From NCBI GenBank assembly GCA_020426955.1, contig JAGQOZ010000001.1, positions 1 to 49,910 on the forward strand: 49,910 nt of DNA. The letters run 5' to 3'. The notes under the pieces are model-generated. The model made no database searches and was not told the DNA's origin. It saw only the letters and a program-made list of their open reading frames with translations. Positions 1-9,351 of the stretch are shown here, piece after piece. Source of the stretch: Planctomycetales bacterium. GTDB lineage: Bacteria; Planctomycetota; Planctomycetia; Pirellulales; Pirellulaceae. Every line of letters begins with the position of its first letter. The first letter of the stretch is position 1. Both the position numbers and the translations under genes were made by a program.

Positions 1-330
1 GACCTTGGTTCGCTGAGCCAGGCTGAAAACCTGAAAACCGCCACTGTCCGTGAGAATAGGGCCATTCCAGCCCATAAAGGCATGCAGCCCCCCTAATTCT
101 CGGACGATTTGTTCGCCGGGGCGCAATGCCAAATGATAGGTATTGGCCAAGACCATTTGCGCCGAGGTTTCGGCCACGTTTTGAATGGTCAGTCCTTTCA
201 CGGTTGCCAACGTACCAACCGGCATGAACGCTGGCATTTGGACGTCACCGTGTGGCGTAGAAAAGAGACTGACACGAGCTTTACAGTGCGAGTCAGTCCC
301 TAAGAGTTGAAACGAAAAAGGCGATGACAC
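1..330 (-). CDS. tgt: tRNA-guanine transglycosylase (queuine tRNA-ribosyltransferase), first 110 codons; the gene runs off the left edge
   Basis: Absent from the ORF track because no stop lies in the window. My minus-strand translation from GTG 330..328 reads (M)[109 protein letters not shown]. It carries the Tgt hallmarks FMPVGT, ANTYHL, GGLH-x-FM-x-W and [10 protein letters not shown]. The + ORF 109..303 is its antisense shadow. Confidence 0.85.
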   Translation of the reverse strand, partial: MSSPFSFQLLGTDSHCKARVSLFSTPHGDVQMPAFMPVGTLATVKGLTIQNVAETSAQMVLANTYHLALRPGEQIVRELGGLHAFMGWNGPILTDSGGFQVFSLAQRTKV

Positions 331-336
331 GACTTA

Positions 337-1662
337 TCAGTCACCACGCAATTTCAGGCCATGTTGCGTCAGTTTTTCGCGAACTTCGTTCAAACTGGTG
401 ACGCCAAAGTTTTTGCACTCCAGCATTTCATCGCCGGTTTTTCGCAGTAATTCGCCGATCGTGCTAATTCCTAGTCGAACCATACACTTTCTGGCTCGAA
501 CCGACAAATTCAGGTCGGAAATCGGACGTTCCAGAACGGCCTGTTCATCTGGCGAAAGGCTTTCATAGTCAATGGATGGCTCGGGCTCCGCTTTTTCATG
601 CGCGAACTGGCCTAATTCCAAGCCCTTGGACGTCAGCATCTCGCGAATTTCAACCAGTGAAGTTTCGCCAAAGTTTTTGCTGGAGAGCAATTCTTGTTCT
701 GTGCAGCGAGTCAGATCGCCCAGTGTCTTGACGCCCATTTTCTGCAAGCAGTTGCGACTACGGACGGACAATTCGAAGTCAGACACGGGAACACCCAAAA
801 CTTGCGACAGGCGATCGCGGCGTTTTTGAGCTTCTTCGTCATAGAACATGTCTCCCGAAGCTTGCGCGTCCAACAAAAACATGTGGGCTCGTTTGTTGCT
901 CGGGAAGCTTTCCAGAATTCGCTTGTAGCATTTCTGGGCACGGTCGTATTCTTCTCGCTCCTCATACAGCAATCCCAAGTTCAAGAGCGAACCGACGTGA
1001 GCCGGAAAACGAGCAGTCGCTCGCTGATAAAGCTCTAAAGCCAAATCATCATTGCCTCGGCGATCATTTTCCAACGCCAACCCGAATAATGCACCACTGT
1101 GTCGATCATCAATTTCGATCGCTCGTTCATAAAGCGCAATCACTTCTTCCGGATTGCCGCCTAAGGCAGCCACAATAGCACCTCGCTGATACAGGTATCC
1201 CGCCGTTTGTTCGATGGCGCCAGATAAATTATCCAAGGTTCGAAGGGCAGCTTCTGGGTCTGCAGAGTTTCGCTGTGCTTCAGCGATGCCCAGATCACAT
1301 TCGCCCACATCGTAACCTGCTCGTTTGGCTGATTCGAAACTTCCGATTGAGTCTTCAAATCTTTGCAATGAGATCTTTGACAGGCCCATATAGAAATGTG
1401 CAAGTGCACCGCCGTCGGCGGAAGCCAACGTCCCCAACGCTCGTTCATAGCGTCCTATCAAGTACTGACAGACGCCCAATCGAGCAGCCGAAGCAGGTGT
1501 ATGGTCTTCACGCTGCTCCAATTCGTTCACCGCATCGCGGAAAACAGACAGTTTAGTGGCGTCATCGCTAATGACATTTAAGATTTTTTGGATTTCAGCT
1601 GGTCCAAATGAACCATCGGAAACAACCGTGTCCCGAACGTCAAAATCGAGTAATTGCGACAT
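337..1662 (-). CDS. TPR-repeat protein with two tandem C-terminal RNA polymerase alpha-subunit CTD-like (helix-hairpin-helix) domains
   Basis: 441-aa ORF. The N-terminal ~280 aa read as TPR-like helical repeats (e.g. ALELYQRATARFPAHVGSLLNLGLLYEEREEYDRAQKCYKRILESFP). The C-terminus has two alpha-CTD signatures: LSVRSRNCLQKMGVKTLGDLTRCTEQELLSSKNFGETSLVEIREMLTSKGLELG (DNA 610..792) and LSVRARKCMVRLGISTIGELLRKTGDEMLECKNFGVTSLNEVREKLTQHGLKL (DNA 340..528). Its stop lies 6 nt upstream of the tgt start. Confidence 0.8.
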   Translation of the reverse strand: MSQLLDFDVRDTVVSDGSFGPAEIQKILNVISDDATKLSVFRDAVNELEQREDHTPASAARLGVCQYLIGRYERALGTLASADGGALAHFYMGLSKISLQRFEDSIGSFESAKRAGYDVGECDLGIAEAQRNSADPEAALRTLDNLSGAIEQTAGYLYQRGAIVAALGGNPEEVIALYERAIEIDDRHSGALFGLALENDRRGNDDLALELYQRATARFPAHVGSLLNLGLLYEEREEYDRAQKCYKRILESFPSNKRAHMFLLDAQASGDMFYDEEAQKRRDRLSQVLGVPVSDFELSVRSRNCLQKMGVKTLGDLTRCTEQELLSSKNFGETSLVEIREMLTSKGLELGQFAHEKAEPEPSIDYESLSPDEQAVLERPISDLNLSVRARKCMVRLGISTIGELLRKTGDEMLECKNFGVTSLNEVREKLTQHGLKLRGD

Positions 1663-1733
1663 TTGGAATCCGTTTCTCCATGAAAATACTCGGCGATCCG
1701 AGTGTTAGAACGGCAAGAACAACCAGAAAAAAA

Positions 1734-1807
1734 AGCCAGCGGCGGGAGTCGAACCCGCAACCCCCGCATTACGAATGCGGTGCTCTGCCAATTGAAGCTA
1801 CGCTGGC
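1734..1807 (-). tRNA. tRNA-Thr (anticodon CGU), 74 nt, 3' CCA not encoded
   Basis: The minus strand reads GCCAGCG-TA-GCTT-CAATTGGCA-GAGC-A-CCGCA-TTCGTAA-TGCGG-GGGTT-GCGGG-TTCGACT-CCCGC-CGCTGGC-T. This gives a 7-bp acceptor stem, a 4-bp D stem with one GU pair, a 5-bp anticodon stem, the loop TT-CGT-AA, a GTTCGA-type T loop and discriminator T. It is followed by a T8 run. Confidence 0.9.
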
Positions 1808-2412
1808 GAAACCCCAGAGAATAATGATTCTGGAACAGTTGTGTCAATTGCCCTTAAGACGCAAGAAGTAAGGTGGCGGTTTCCGTGAGATAATATGAGG
1901 ATTTTCCGCAATAAGGAAAGCTGTCGTGCCGAATCAGGCTACTTCTATCGGCCTCGTTTCTTCGGCTCCTGAACTTGGTTTGGCAGATTTTCATCGTTTT
2001 GGTGAAAAAAGTGCTTGCAATTCCTACAACCTGCGATAAAACTAGCGGCTGAGCTAAAAGTCCGATTGAAAAACTTTTTCGGACAAACAGTTGCACAATC
2101 AGAATTCCTGGTTAGTATGGCAATTGTTGGCTTCAAAACTGAAATTACCTTTTCTCCGCTTGGAGGGTCTACTGCACAAACTGAAATTGATTCGTCTGAC
2201 CGATGTTCGAAATCGGCGTATCAATTTAGAAGTGCGGTTGTCCCTATCTTCTGACGAGCTGCTTGCTCGTAATGATGCCCCGTTTAGAACACTCGAGGAC
2301 GTTCATCGTTTCTGATTTTCCTCGGCCAGTCTTGTATTCGGCTGGTTTTTCCGAGGTTGTTTGATTTGTCAATGACGTGCGTGTTCGTGCTTTGATTTAC
2401 GGGAGCTTTGAA

Positions 2413-3069
2413 ATGACAAGATTTAAGTTGGCAGTCACGTTGGCTGCTACCGTGCTGATGCTGAGCGGTGGCTCGTTGTCAGCTGCGGTTGTTCCGCTAT
2501 CGGATTTAGTGAATGGCCAAACCATTCAATCGGGCGATAAGGTATTTTCGAACTTCAAATACGTTGAAACGGGCGATATGCCGGCGGTTGGTGACGTTCA
2601 AGTCGAAACAGTTACCGATACAAATGGAAATTATGGTGTCCGATTTATCGGCGGTTTTATCGACACAGCGGGCGGAAGTTCTTCTGACGCGTTGATTACT
2701 TTTGACGTAAGCGTTGCAGCCGGTGCAAACCAAGCAATTTCCGGGGCGATCTTGGCTGCAAACCCAGCTGTTTTCAATGGCGAAGGCCTTGCATCGGTTA
2801 CGGAAACATTCTTGCCGACCATCGATGACGACAAGTTAGTTGTATACGACTTTGGTAATGGCGACGACAAATTGACTGATAGCACGACGTTTGCAAACAC
2901 TTACCAAACCTTAAGCGTCCAGAAGGATATTATCCTTCACGCGATGGGTGATAATGCAGCCGTAACCATGTCGTTTGTAGACCAATACTTCCCACAGGTT
3001 CCTGAACCGAATTCGTTGGGACTAATGACACTAGGACTCCTAGGTCTGCTGGCTCGTCGACGCCGATAG
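2413..3069 (+). CDS. PEP-CTERM sorting-domain secreted protein, function unknown
   Basis: ATG at 2413 follows GGGAG (2401..2405). The signal peptide is MTRFKLAVTLAATVLMLSGGSLSA. The C-terminus VPEPNSLGLMTLGLLGLLARRRR has the PEP motif, a TM helix and an Arg cluster. The ORF track starts at GTG 2377, which I consider less likely. Confidence 0.75.
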   Translation: MTRFKLAVTLAATVLMLSGGSLSAAVVPLSDLVNGQTIQSGDKVFSNFKYVETGDMPAVGDVQVETVTDTNGNYGVRFIGGFIDTAGGSSSDALITFDVSVAAGANQAISGAILAANPAVFNGEGLASVTETFLPTIDDDKLVVYDFGNGDDKLTDSTTFANTYQTLSVQKDIILHAMGDNAAVTMSFVDQYFPQVPEPNSLGLMTLGLLGLLARRRR

Positions 3070-3303
3070 AGTTCACGCAAGACTTTTGCCTCCGATAAAG
3101 GCATCACGCTAAGGGAGTAGTGTCGAGCAAGCACGGAAAACTCGTCATTCCAAAGTGGGAGTGGCGAGTTTTTTTGCGTTGAGTATTGCGAGTTTCTGGT
3201 TTGACCCGCGAAATCGGCTTTATTGAAAGCATGCTTTAGTCGAATCTGTCTCTTCGTCGAAAAGACCGAATGACATAATGGTCTTTCCGAAGGGAATTCT
3301 CGC

Positions 3304-3849
3304 GTGCTTCGAACACCCGCCTTTTTCGTTCTATTGCTGGGCATCGCTTTGAGCCTGTTATGGCTGCGCAAAGGCCCAGTTCCAGGCGCCGAGCCGCAGT
3401 TCGAATCGAAAATTTCGTTACGACAAACAGCGCCACCTAGGGTCGAAATCTCCGAAGCGGCTTTTCCTGGCGAATTTGCCGTCAATAAGAGAGTCCGTGA
3501 TCCTATGCCTGATTCACTAGATCACCGTGACTTTGGTAGCCACCGAATCAAAGTGCCTCAGCCAAGTCGAGTCGAAAACAGTGACAGCCGAATTGCTGCG
3601 AAAACGGTTGTCGAAGATGAACCGGCCGCTCAGACTGGTAATCCTAAGGCTCGTCTCGTCTCTGTCACTTCTGGGCGTTGGATCCGACATACGATCCGTG
3701 ACGGTGATACGCTGGAGCTATTAGCGCAAATTTATCTGAACACACCCCAGAAAAGCGACGAAATTTTTAATAGCAATCGAGATGTCCTGACGGACACTCA
3801 GACTCTGCCAATCGGAAGCGTGCTTCGCATTTACATTCATCCGAATTAG
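3304..3849 (+). CDS. membrane-anchored LysM domain protein
   Basis: GTG start preceded by AAGGGA. N-terminal TM FFVLLLGIALSLLWL. C-terminal LysM signature HTIRDGDTLELLAQIYLNTPQKSDEIFNSNRDVLTDTQTLPIGSVLRI. Confidence 0.7.
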   Translation: MLRTPAFFVLLLGIALSLLWLRKGPVPGAEPQFESKISLRQTAPPRVEISEAAFPGEFAVNKRVRDPMPDSLDHRDFGSHRIKVPQPSRVENSDSRIAAKTVVEDEPAAQTGNPKARLVSVTSGRWIRHTIRDGDTLELLAQIYLNTPQKSDEIFNSNRDVLTDTQTLPIGSVLRIYIHPN

Positions 3850-3999
3850 TACGTCCAGCGTCAGATTTTGTGATGTAAACGAGCGGGAATCGCGGCATTT
3901 CATCGTAGAATGACAGAGTACTTGCCGCCATTGATTCCGTTTAGTCAATAGTGGCCAGAAGGAGAAATTCGGTTTGTATTTAGGTATTTTATCGTGCAA

Positions 4000-5985
4000 A
4001 TGGGACGTCCGCAGATTGAACAGATTTATGACGGTTCATCCCCGCGTGGTGAAGTCTCGGCGTGGCTATGGAGCTTGGCTGCGCATTTGTCCTTGCTGAT
4101 TGCCTTCAGCCTCATAACAACAACCACGCTCCGATCAGTGGACAATATTCAGATTGTTGCACTTCCCGACGAGTCTGCAAAAATCGAAGTCGCGCCTCCT
4201 CCGGAATTAGCTTTCAGCGCGCTGCCGACAGAGGCGATTGGGGCAGACGGCGTTTCTGGAATCGAGAATGCATTTTCCGAAGCGGACGTGTTAAACGATC
4301 TTTCTCAAGTGGAGCAACCGGAGATCGAGGTGTTTGAGGTTGGCCAATTTGACGTTCCCAGCGTTGTCGAAATCTCGACCGGCATCAACTATAGCGAGCA
4401 ACGGGTGACCAAGGGAACGGCTGGGTTCGCCACAAAGAGCGCCTTAGGTGCAATTGATCGAATCACCGAAGAAATCCGTCTTTCCATGGAAGATCGCAAG
4501 ACGTTAGTGGTTTGGCTGTTCGATCAGTCGGCCAGTCTTCATCGACAACGGGCAGAAATACTGGACCGGTTTGATCGCATCTACCGCGAATTGGGCGTGG
4601 TGCAAGAACGCTATCGAACCAAACCCGATGAGAGTCCGCTGCTGACTTCGGTAGTTGCATTTGGGGAATCGGTTACATTTCCATTGGCCGATCCGTCCAG
4701 TAACGTTGATGAAATAAAGCACGCTGTACGTCAAATTCCGCAAGATGATTCTGGTGTCGAACTTGTCTTTAACGCCATTCAACATGCGATCGGCCGCTAC
4801 CGCCGGTATCGCGATACAGATCCCAGCACGCGCGAACCTGAGCGTAACGTAATGCTGATTGTTTTCACGGATTAAGCTGGTGAAGATCAAGAGTTAGCCG
4901 AACGCGTCATTCGCGCTTGTCAATCGAATGTAATGCCGGTCTATGTAGTGGGTGTCCCAGCTCCCTTCGGTCGTCAGGAAACATGGGTCAAGTGGGTCGA
5001 CCCCGATCCCAAATTCGATCAAACACCTCGCTGGGGACGCGTTAACCAGGGTCCTGAATCGTTGATGCCAGAACGCATACGACTTGTTTCTTCAGTAGAA
5101 GAAGATCTTACGAACCCCATGGATTCTGGCTTTGGCCCGTATTCGCTGACTCGGCTGTGCGTCAAAACGGGAGGGATATATTTCAACGTCCATCCCAATC
5201 GCAAAGTCGGCAGCAGAGTCAACCGAGCCCAGATTAGTTCGTTTTCTTCCCACTTATCCCACTTCTTTGATCCTCAAATCATGAAGATGTATCAGCCAGA
5301 ATATGTTTCGGCGCGCGAGTACGCGAAGCTGGTGAAATCGAATCAAGCAAGGCGTGCATTGGTAGAAGCCGCTCAGGTTTCCGCGGTAAGTCAATTTGAA
5401 TCGCCCGTTCTGCGGTTCGTAAAAACGGATGAAGCAGCGCTGAATACCGCTATGAGCCAAGCCCAGCGCGTCGCCGCCAGACTGGAGCCTCGGATTGATC
5501 AGCTGTATCAGATTCTGCGAACCGGTGAACAAGATCGCGACAAAGATCCGACGCCCCGGTGGCAAGCGGGCTATGACTTAGCGTACGGCCGAACGTTGGC
5601 AGCCAAAGTGCGAACGGAATCTTACAACGCCATGTTGGCGATGGGCAAACGAGGCATGGAGTTTAAGGACCAGCGAAACAATGTGTGGGTATTGGCTCCG
5701 GCCGATTCCATGGAGGCTGGCAGTCAGTACGAATCGATATCAAACAAGGCAAAGCTCTACTTGCAGCGAGTCATCCAGGAACATCCTGGGACACCGTGGG
5801 CATTGCTGGCCAGCCAAGAACTGAGTCATCCTCTGGGATGGAAATGGGACGAAGAATTCATTGACTTGGCACCTCGACCAACCATGGTTGCTGCAAATGA
5901 CAACGCCAATAACAACACGCCTCAAGACGAACAAGCTCGCATGCTGCCCAAGCCGCCACCTACGCGCCCGATTCCCAAGCTTTGA
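4000..5985 (+). pseudogene. vWA-domain membrane protein (~661 codons) interrupted by one in-frame TAA at 4873..4875; pseudogene, sequencing error or readthrough
   Basis: ORFs 3994..4875 and 4933..5985 are in the same frame (4933-3994 = 939 = 3x313). There is no other stop between them. The joined reading is ...RNVMLIVFTD*AGEDQELAERVIRACQSNVMPVYVVGVPAPFGRQE.... The upstream part has an N-terminal TM (WLWSLAAHLSLLIAFSLI) and a vWA MIDAS-type strand, LVVWLFDQSASL. The stop falls inside the vWA fold, after the VFTD strand. Confidence 0.7.
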
Positions 5986-6000
5986 TCAGACGCCGCGTGT

Positions 6001-6663
6001 TTACTGCGTCACAATAGTAGCATCGTAAGCGTAATCTTCTTTGCTGTCATATTCGTAGAAGTTTCTGGCGATACGTCCGGAAAGAATGGCCAAGAATCTG
6101 CGGCGAAAATCGTTTTCGCTGCTTTCGGAAACGGGCAGGCCAACATTCGCTGGAAATTGAATTTGCGGTGGAGTTGATTCGAATACAACCGCACCCTTTT
6201 GCGTCAAATCGTACGCCACAATCTCCACGTCCGCTCGGCCCTTGTACAGCGTTTTGCCGTCATAGAGTCGAAAGTTCTCCAGAACCACAGCCAGGACAAC
6301 GTCTGCATCGACACCCCTACCCACTTCCACAAAGTTGGCATAGTCCCAGTCATGTCGGTCAATCCAGTCGGATACTTCTTGTTGATCTACCACGTCAATC
6401 TTTTCCACATGCGCCTTTAGCAAATCACTGACTCGCTTGGCAATCTGAAACGATGCCGACGTAGGGCCAAAGGAATCGGCATTAGACACGCACACCACGG
6501 CCACTCGTTTACCAATGAACCCGTTATAGCTTGCCGGCATCAGATTTCCGTTGGCAGCATGTATCAAGTTAGCAATCAGCCCAATACAGCCGACGGACGG
6601 GGCAAGCAAAAGGACGGCGACGATGAACAAGACAATTCGGCGAATTCTATTGTGACGGGACAT
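6001..6663 (-). CDS. hypothetical lipoprotein or membrane-anchored protein
   Basis: ATG at 6663 follows GGAG. N-terminus MSRHNRIRRIVLFIVAVLLLAPSVGC is a basic n-region, a hydrophobic core and a Cys (lipobox-like). I recognised no domain. The ORF track extends to 6777, which I consider an upstream over-extension. Confidence 0.5.
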   Translation of the reverse strand: MSRHNRIRRIVLFIVAVLLLAPSVGCIGLIANLIHAANGNLMPASYNGFIGKRVAVVCVSNADSFGPTSASFQIAKRVSDLLKAHVEKIDVVDQQEVSDWIDRHDWDYANFVEVGRGVDADVVLAVVLENFRLYDGKTLYKGRADVEIVAYDLTQKGAVVFESTPPQIQFPANVGLPVSESSENDFRRRFLAILSGRIARNFYEYDSKEDYAYDATIVTQ

Positions 6664-6950
6664 CAATTTGGTCTCCAGCATCCGTTCGTGGCCACATGCA
6701 AGTTCTAGCGTTCCAGCCTTCGTGGTCAGAAAATCGTCGTAGAACGTGATAGACGGGGACGATAACCAATTAGTCAACCAAGAACAACCGGAATTTCTGC
6801 TGGTTCCACTTGGGAAGCAAGATGACTATCATGCTATCCGAAAGAACGGATCAAGCTTGGTGCGGATGCGAATTTGTGCTGTAATTCCGCTGCGTCCGTG
6901 ACTTCTGCCCTCGCGATAAATACAGTTCACACGATTTGAATGGAGCAAAA

Positions 6951-7949
6951 ATGAACTATCTAACCGACGAAAAAGTTGTCATTCTGGGTGCTGCAGGCGC
7001 TATTGGCTCGAACATGTTGCAAGCCGTCCTCACGATGGGACTCACTTCCAACGTTTGCGGGTACGACCCCTTTGCTAGCGGCATGGAAGGAACGGCCGAA
7101 GAAATCTATCACTGTGCGTTTCCGGGCGCTCGAGCAACCTGGACCAGCGATATTAACGAAGCGTTGTCCGGGGCCAAATACATCATTTCGTCTGGCGGAG
7201 CACCTCGCAAAGAGGGCATGACTCGAGAAGACTTGCTGAAGGGGAACGCAGAAATTGCCGCTCAGCTGGGTAAAGATATCAAAGCCAATTGCCCAGACCT
7301 TAAATTGGCCGTGGTGATTTTTAATCCGGCTGATATCACTGGCTTGACCGTTTTGGTTCATTCCGGATTGGCGCCCAGCAAAGTTGCCACTCTGGCCGCA
7401 CTGGATAGTACGCGTCTGCAAACGGCGCTCGCGCAGCATTTCAAAGTAGCTCAAGATGAAGTTACGGGCTGCCGAACGTATGGTGGTCATGGCGAACAGA
7501 TGGCCGTATTCGCAAGTACAGCCAAAGTGCAAGGCAAACCGCTTTTGGATTTGATTGGCACGGATGCATTGCCGCAAGCCAAATGGGACGAAATCAGACA
7601 GCACGTTTGTCAGGGCGGCAAACGGATTATTCAGCTACGAGGCCGAAGTTCGTTCCAGAGTCCTTCGCACCAATCGGTCTTGATGGTTCGCTCGGCCATT
7701 AGCGGCGAACCCTATCCATGGCCGGCCGGCGTTTACGTTAATTCGGGCGAATTCCAGCAAATCATGATGGCCATGGAAACCACCATCGGCAAGGATGGCG
7801 TTACATACAAGGTTCCCAGCGGAACCGATCAGGAAATGGCTGCTCTAAAGGAGTCGTACGGGCATTTGGCTAAGCTGCGAAACGAAGTGGTTGAGATGGG
7901 AATCTTGCCACCGCTGGATCAATGGTCCAGTGTCAATTCGAACCTATAA
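6951..7949 (+). CDS. mdh: malate dehydrogenase (LDH/MDH superfamily)
   Basis: Rossmann motif KVVILGAAGAIGSN. Substrate loop GGAPRKEGMTREDLL has Arg at the LDH Q102-equivalent position, which is typical of MDH. ATG 6951 follows GGAG. Confidence 0.75.
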   Translation: MNYLTDEKVVILGAAGAIGSNMLQAVLTMGLTSNVCGYDPFASGMEGTAEEIYHCAFPGARATWTSDINEALSGAKYIISSGGAPRKEGMTREDLLKGNAEIAAQLGKDIKANCPDLKLAVVIFNPADITGLTVLVHSGLAPSKVATLAALDSTRLQTALAQHFKVAQDEVTGCRTYGGHGEQMAVFASTAKVQGKPLLDLIGTDALPQAKWDEIRQHVCQGGKRIIQLRGRSSFQSPSHQSVLMVRSAISGEPYPWPAGVYVNSGEFQQIMMAMETTIGKDGVTYKVPSGTDQEMAALKESYGHLAKLRNEVVEMGILPPLDQWSSVNSNL

Positions 7950-8046
7950 GAAATCGTTCGAATCAACATTCGCTTTGGTCGGCACTCAACTTGTCGACCA
8001 AAGCGACATTGCCTCCGATTCGTTCGCAACGCAAGGGCAGGGCAGG

Positions 8047-9327
8047 ATGCCAACTCCACGACCAACGATCTGGGCAGTCTCTCGGCTATACGTCCCGAAT
8101 TTTTCTGGAGCGGCCATACAAGCTCAGCGACTTCTGTCCGGATTGGCTTGGCAAGGCTGGCAAGTTCACGTGCTGACCAGCGCAGACCTAGAAGCGTCGG
8201 GGCTTCAAAATCAAACGACCGAATTAGACGGCGTCTACATTCATTACATTCCCATTGTACGGCGACGTGAATGGCGGTGGTTACGTTTCAGTTCGTTCCT
8301 TCAAGACCGACTGCGCTATCTCAACCAGCTGTTAAGCGATATGTCCATGAACCGACGAATGGGCCGATACCTGCAGCAACACGCCGCACATGGCGACATT
8401 GTTCAGCTCTATTCCGTAGACGAATTTTCGCTGCTCTTGATCAGGGCCGCAAAGAAGCAAGGCCTGAACTCCATTATTCAGATGTCGCTGGTGGGAGCCG
8501 ATGATCCGTCCAGTTTTCGTCGCACCAAATGGAGCGTTCTCACTCGGCTGAAGCTACAAGCTTTCGCTGCCGCCGATTGGATTGTAGGTCTTTCGTCCGC
8601 ACTGACAACCAGTTGTCAGAAAGCAGGTTTTGACGAACGCAAAATCATGCGTATACCCAACGCCGTAGATGGTGAAGTGTTCCATCCCGTGCCCGATAAA
8701 CAAACGCTGCGCCGCGAATTGAACCTGTCTCCGGCCAATCGCTTTCTGATTTTTGTCGGTTCGGCATTGCATCGCAAAGGAATTGAAGTGGTGGTTCGTA
8801 CGTTCATTCAACTCGCTTCGTCTTTTTCCGATCTACAGCTGTTGATTGCCGGCATTCACGACTTTTCTGACACTGCCAGACACCCCGCTGAACGCCGGCA
8901 ACTGGTGGAAACACTACGAAAGGAAATCGCGACTGCCGGCTTGCAAGATCGAGTGCACTGGTTGGGAAATGTCAACAATGTGTCACAGTATTTGCAGGCC
9001 AGTGACCTGTTTTTTTTTCCAACTCGCCGAGAAGGTTTGCCCAACGCCATGGCCGAGGCAATGAGCTGCGGCCTACCGGTCATTGCGTCGCTATTACCCG
9101 GTATCACCACGGACCTCGTTCCGCATTCCGACGTGGGGGTATTGGTTAAAGGGCACGAAGTGGCCGACTACGTTGACACGATCACAGAATTGCTACGCTC
9201 GCCCGAAAGGCTTGAGCAAATGGGAACAGCCGCAGCCGAACGCATTCGATCCGAATATGCCGTGGACGTCATTGTCCAACAGTATGCGGACTTATATCGG
9301 CAAATCAGCGAACAATCCGGCAAATAG
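8047..9327 (+). CDS. glycosyltransferase family 4 (GT-B, retaining type)
   Basis: FVGSALHRKGIEVVV plus the E-x7-E region FFFPTRREGLPNAMAEAMSCGLPVIAS. I chose ATG 8047 (MPTPRPTIWAVSRLYVPNFSGAA) because the 7891 ORF start overlaps the mdh 3' end. Confidence 0.8.
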   Translation: MPTPRPTIWAVSRLYVPNFSGAAIQAQRLLSGLAWQGWQVHVLTSADLEASGLQNQTTELDGVYIHYIPIVRRREWRWLRFSSFLQDRLRYLNQLLSDMSMNRRMGRYLQQHAAHGDIVQLYSVDEFSLLLIRAAKKQGLNSIIQMSLVGADDPSSFRRTKWSVLTRLKLQAFAAADWIVGLSSALTTSCQKAGFDERKIMRIPNAVDGEVFHPVPDKQTLRRELNLSPANRFLIFVGSALHRKGIEVVVRTFIQLASSFSDLQLLIAGIHDFSDTARHPAERRQLVETLRKEIATAGLQDRVHWLGNVNNVSQYLQASDLFFFPTRREGLPNAMAEAMSCGLPVIASLLPGITTDLVPHSDVGVLVKGHEVADYVDTITELLRSPERLEQMGTAAAERIRSEYAVDVIVQQYADLYRQISEQSGK

Positions 9328-9351
9328 GCACTGAGGGCCTCAACGGAAACG

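Noticed and set aside
109-303. 64-aa + strand ORF at the left edge
   Set aside because: It lies antisense to an unmistakable Tgt N-terminus ([22 protein letters not shown]) on the minus strand and has no features of its own.
1578-1871. ORFs 1578..1847 (-) and 1608..1871 (+) covering the tRNA locus
   Set aside because: The region folds into a canonical 74-nt tRNA-Thr cloverleaf. The ORFs are by-products of GC-rich tRNA sequence.
6960-7604. 214-aa minus-strand ORF
   Set aside because: It is fully embedded antisense to mdh, which has clear Rossmann and substrate-loop motifs. Long antisense frames are expected at this GC content.
7891-8046. N-terminal extension of the glycosyltransferase ORF overlapping the mdh 3' end
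   Set aside because: The extension overlaps mdh by 59 nt and has no GT-like sequence. The GT-B N-terminal strand (IWAVSRLYVPNFSGAA) begins right after ATG 8047.
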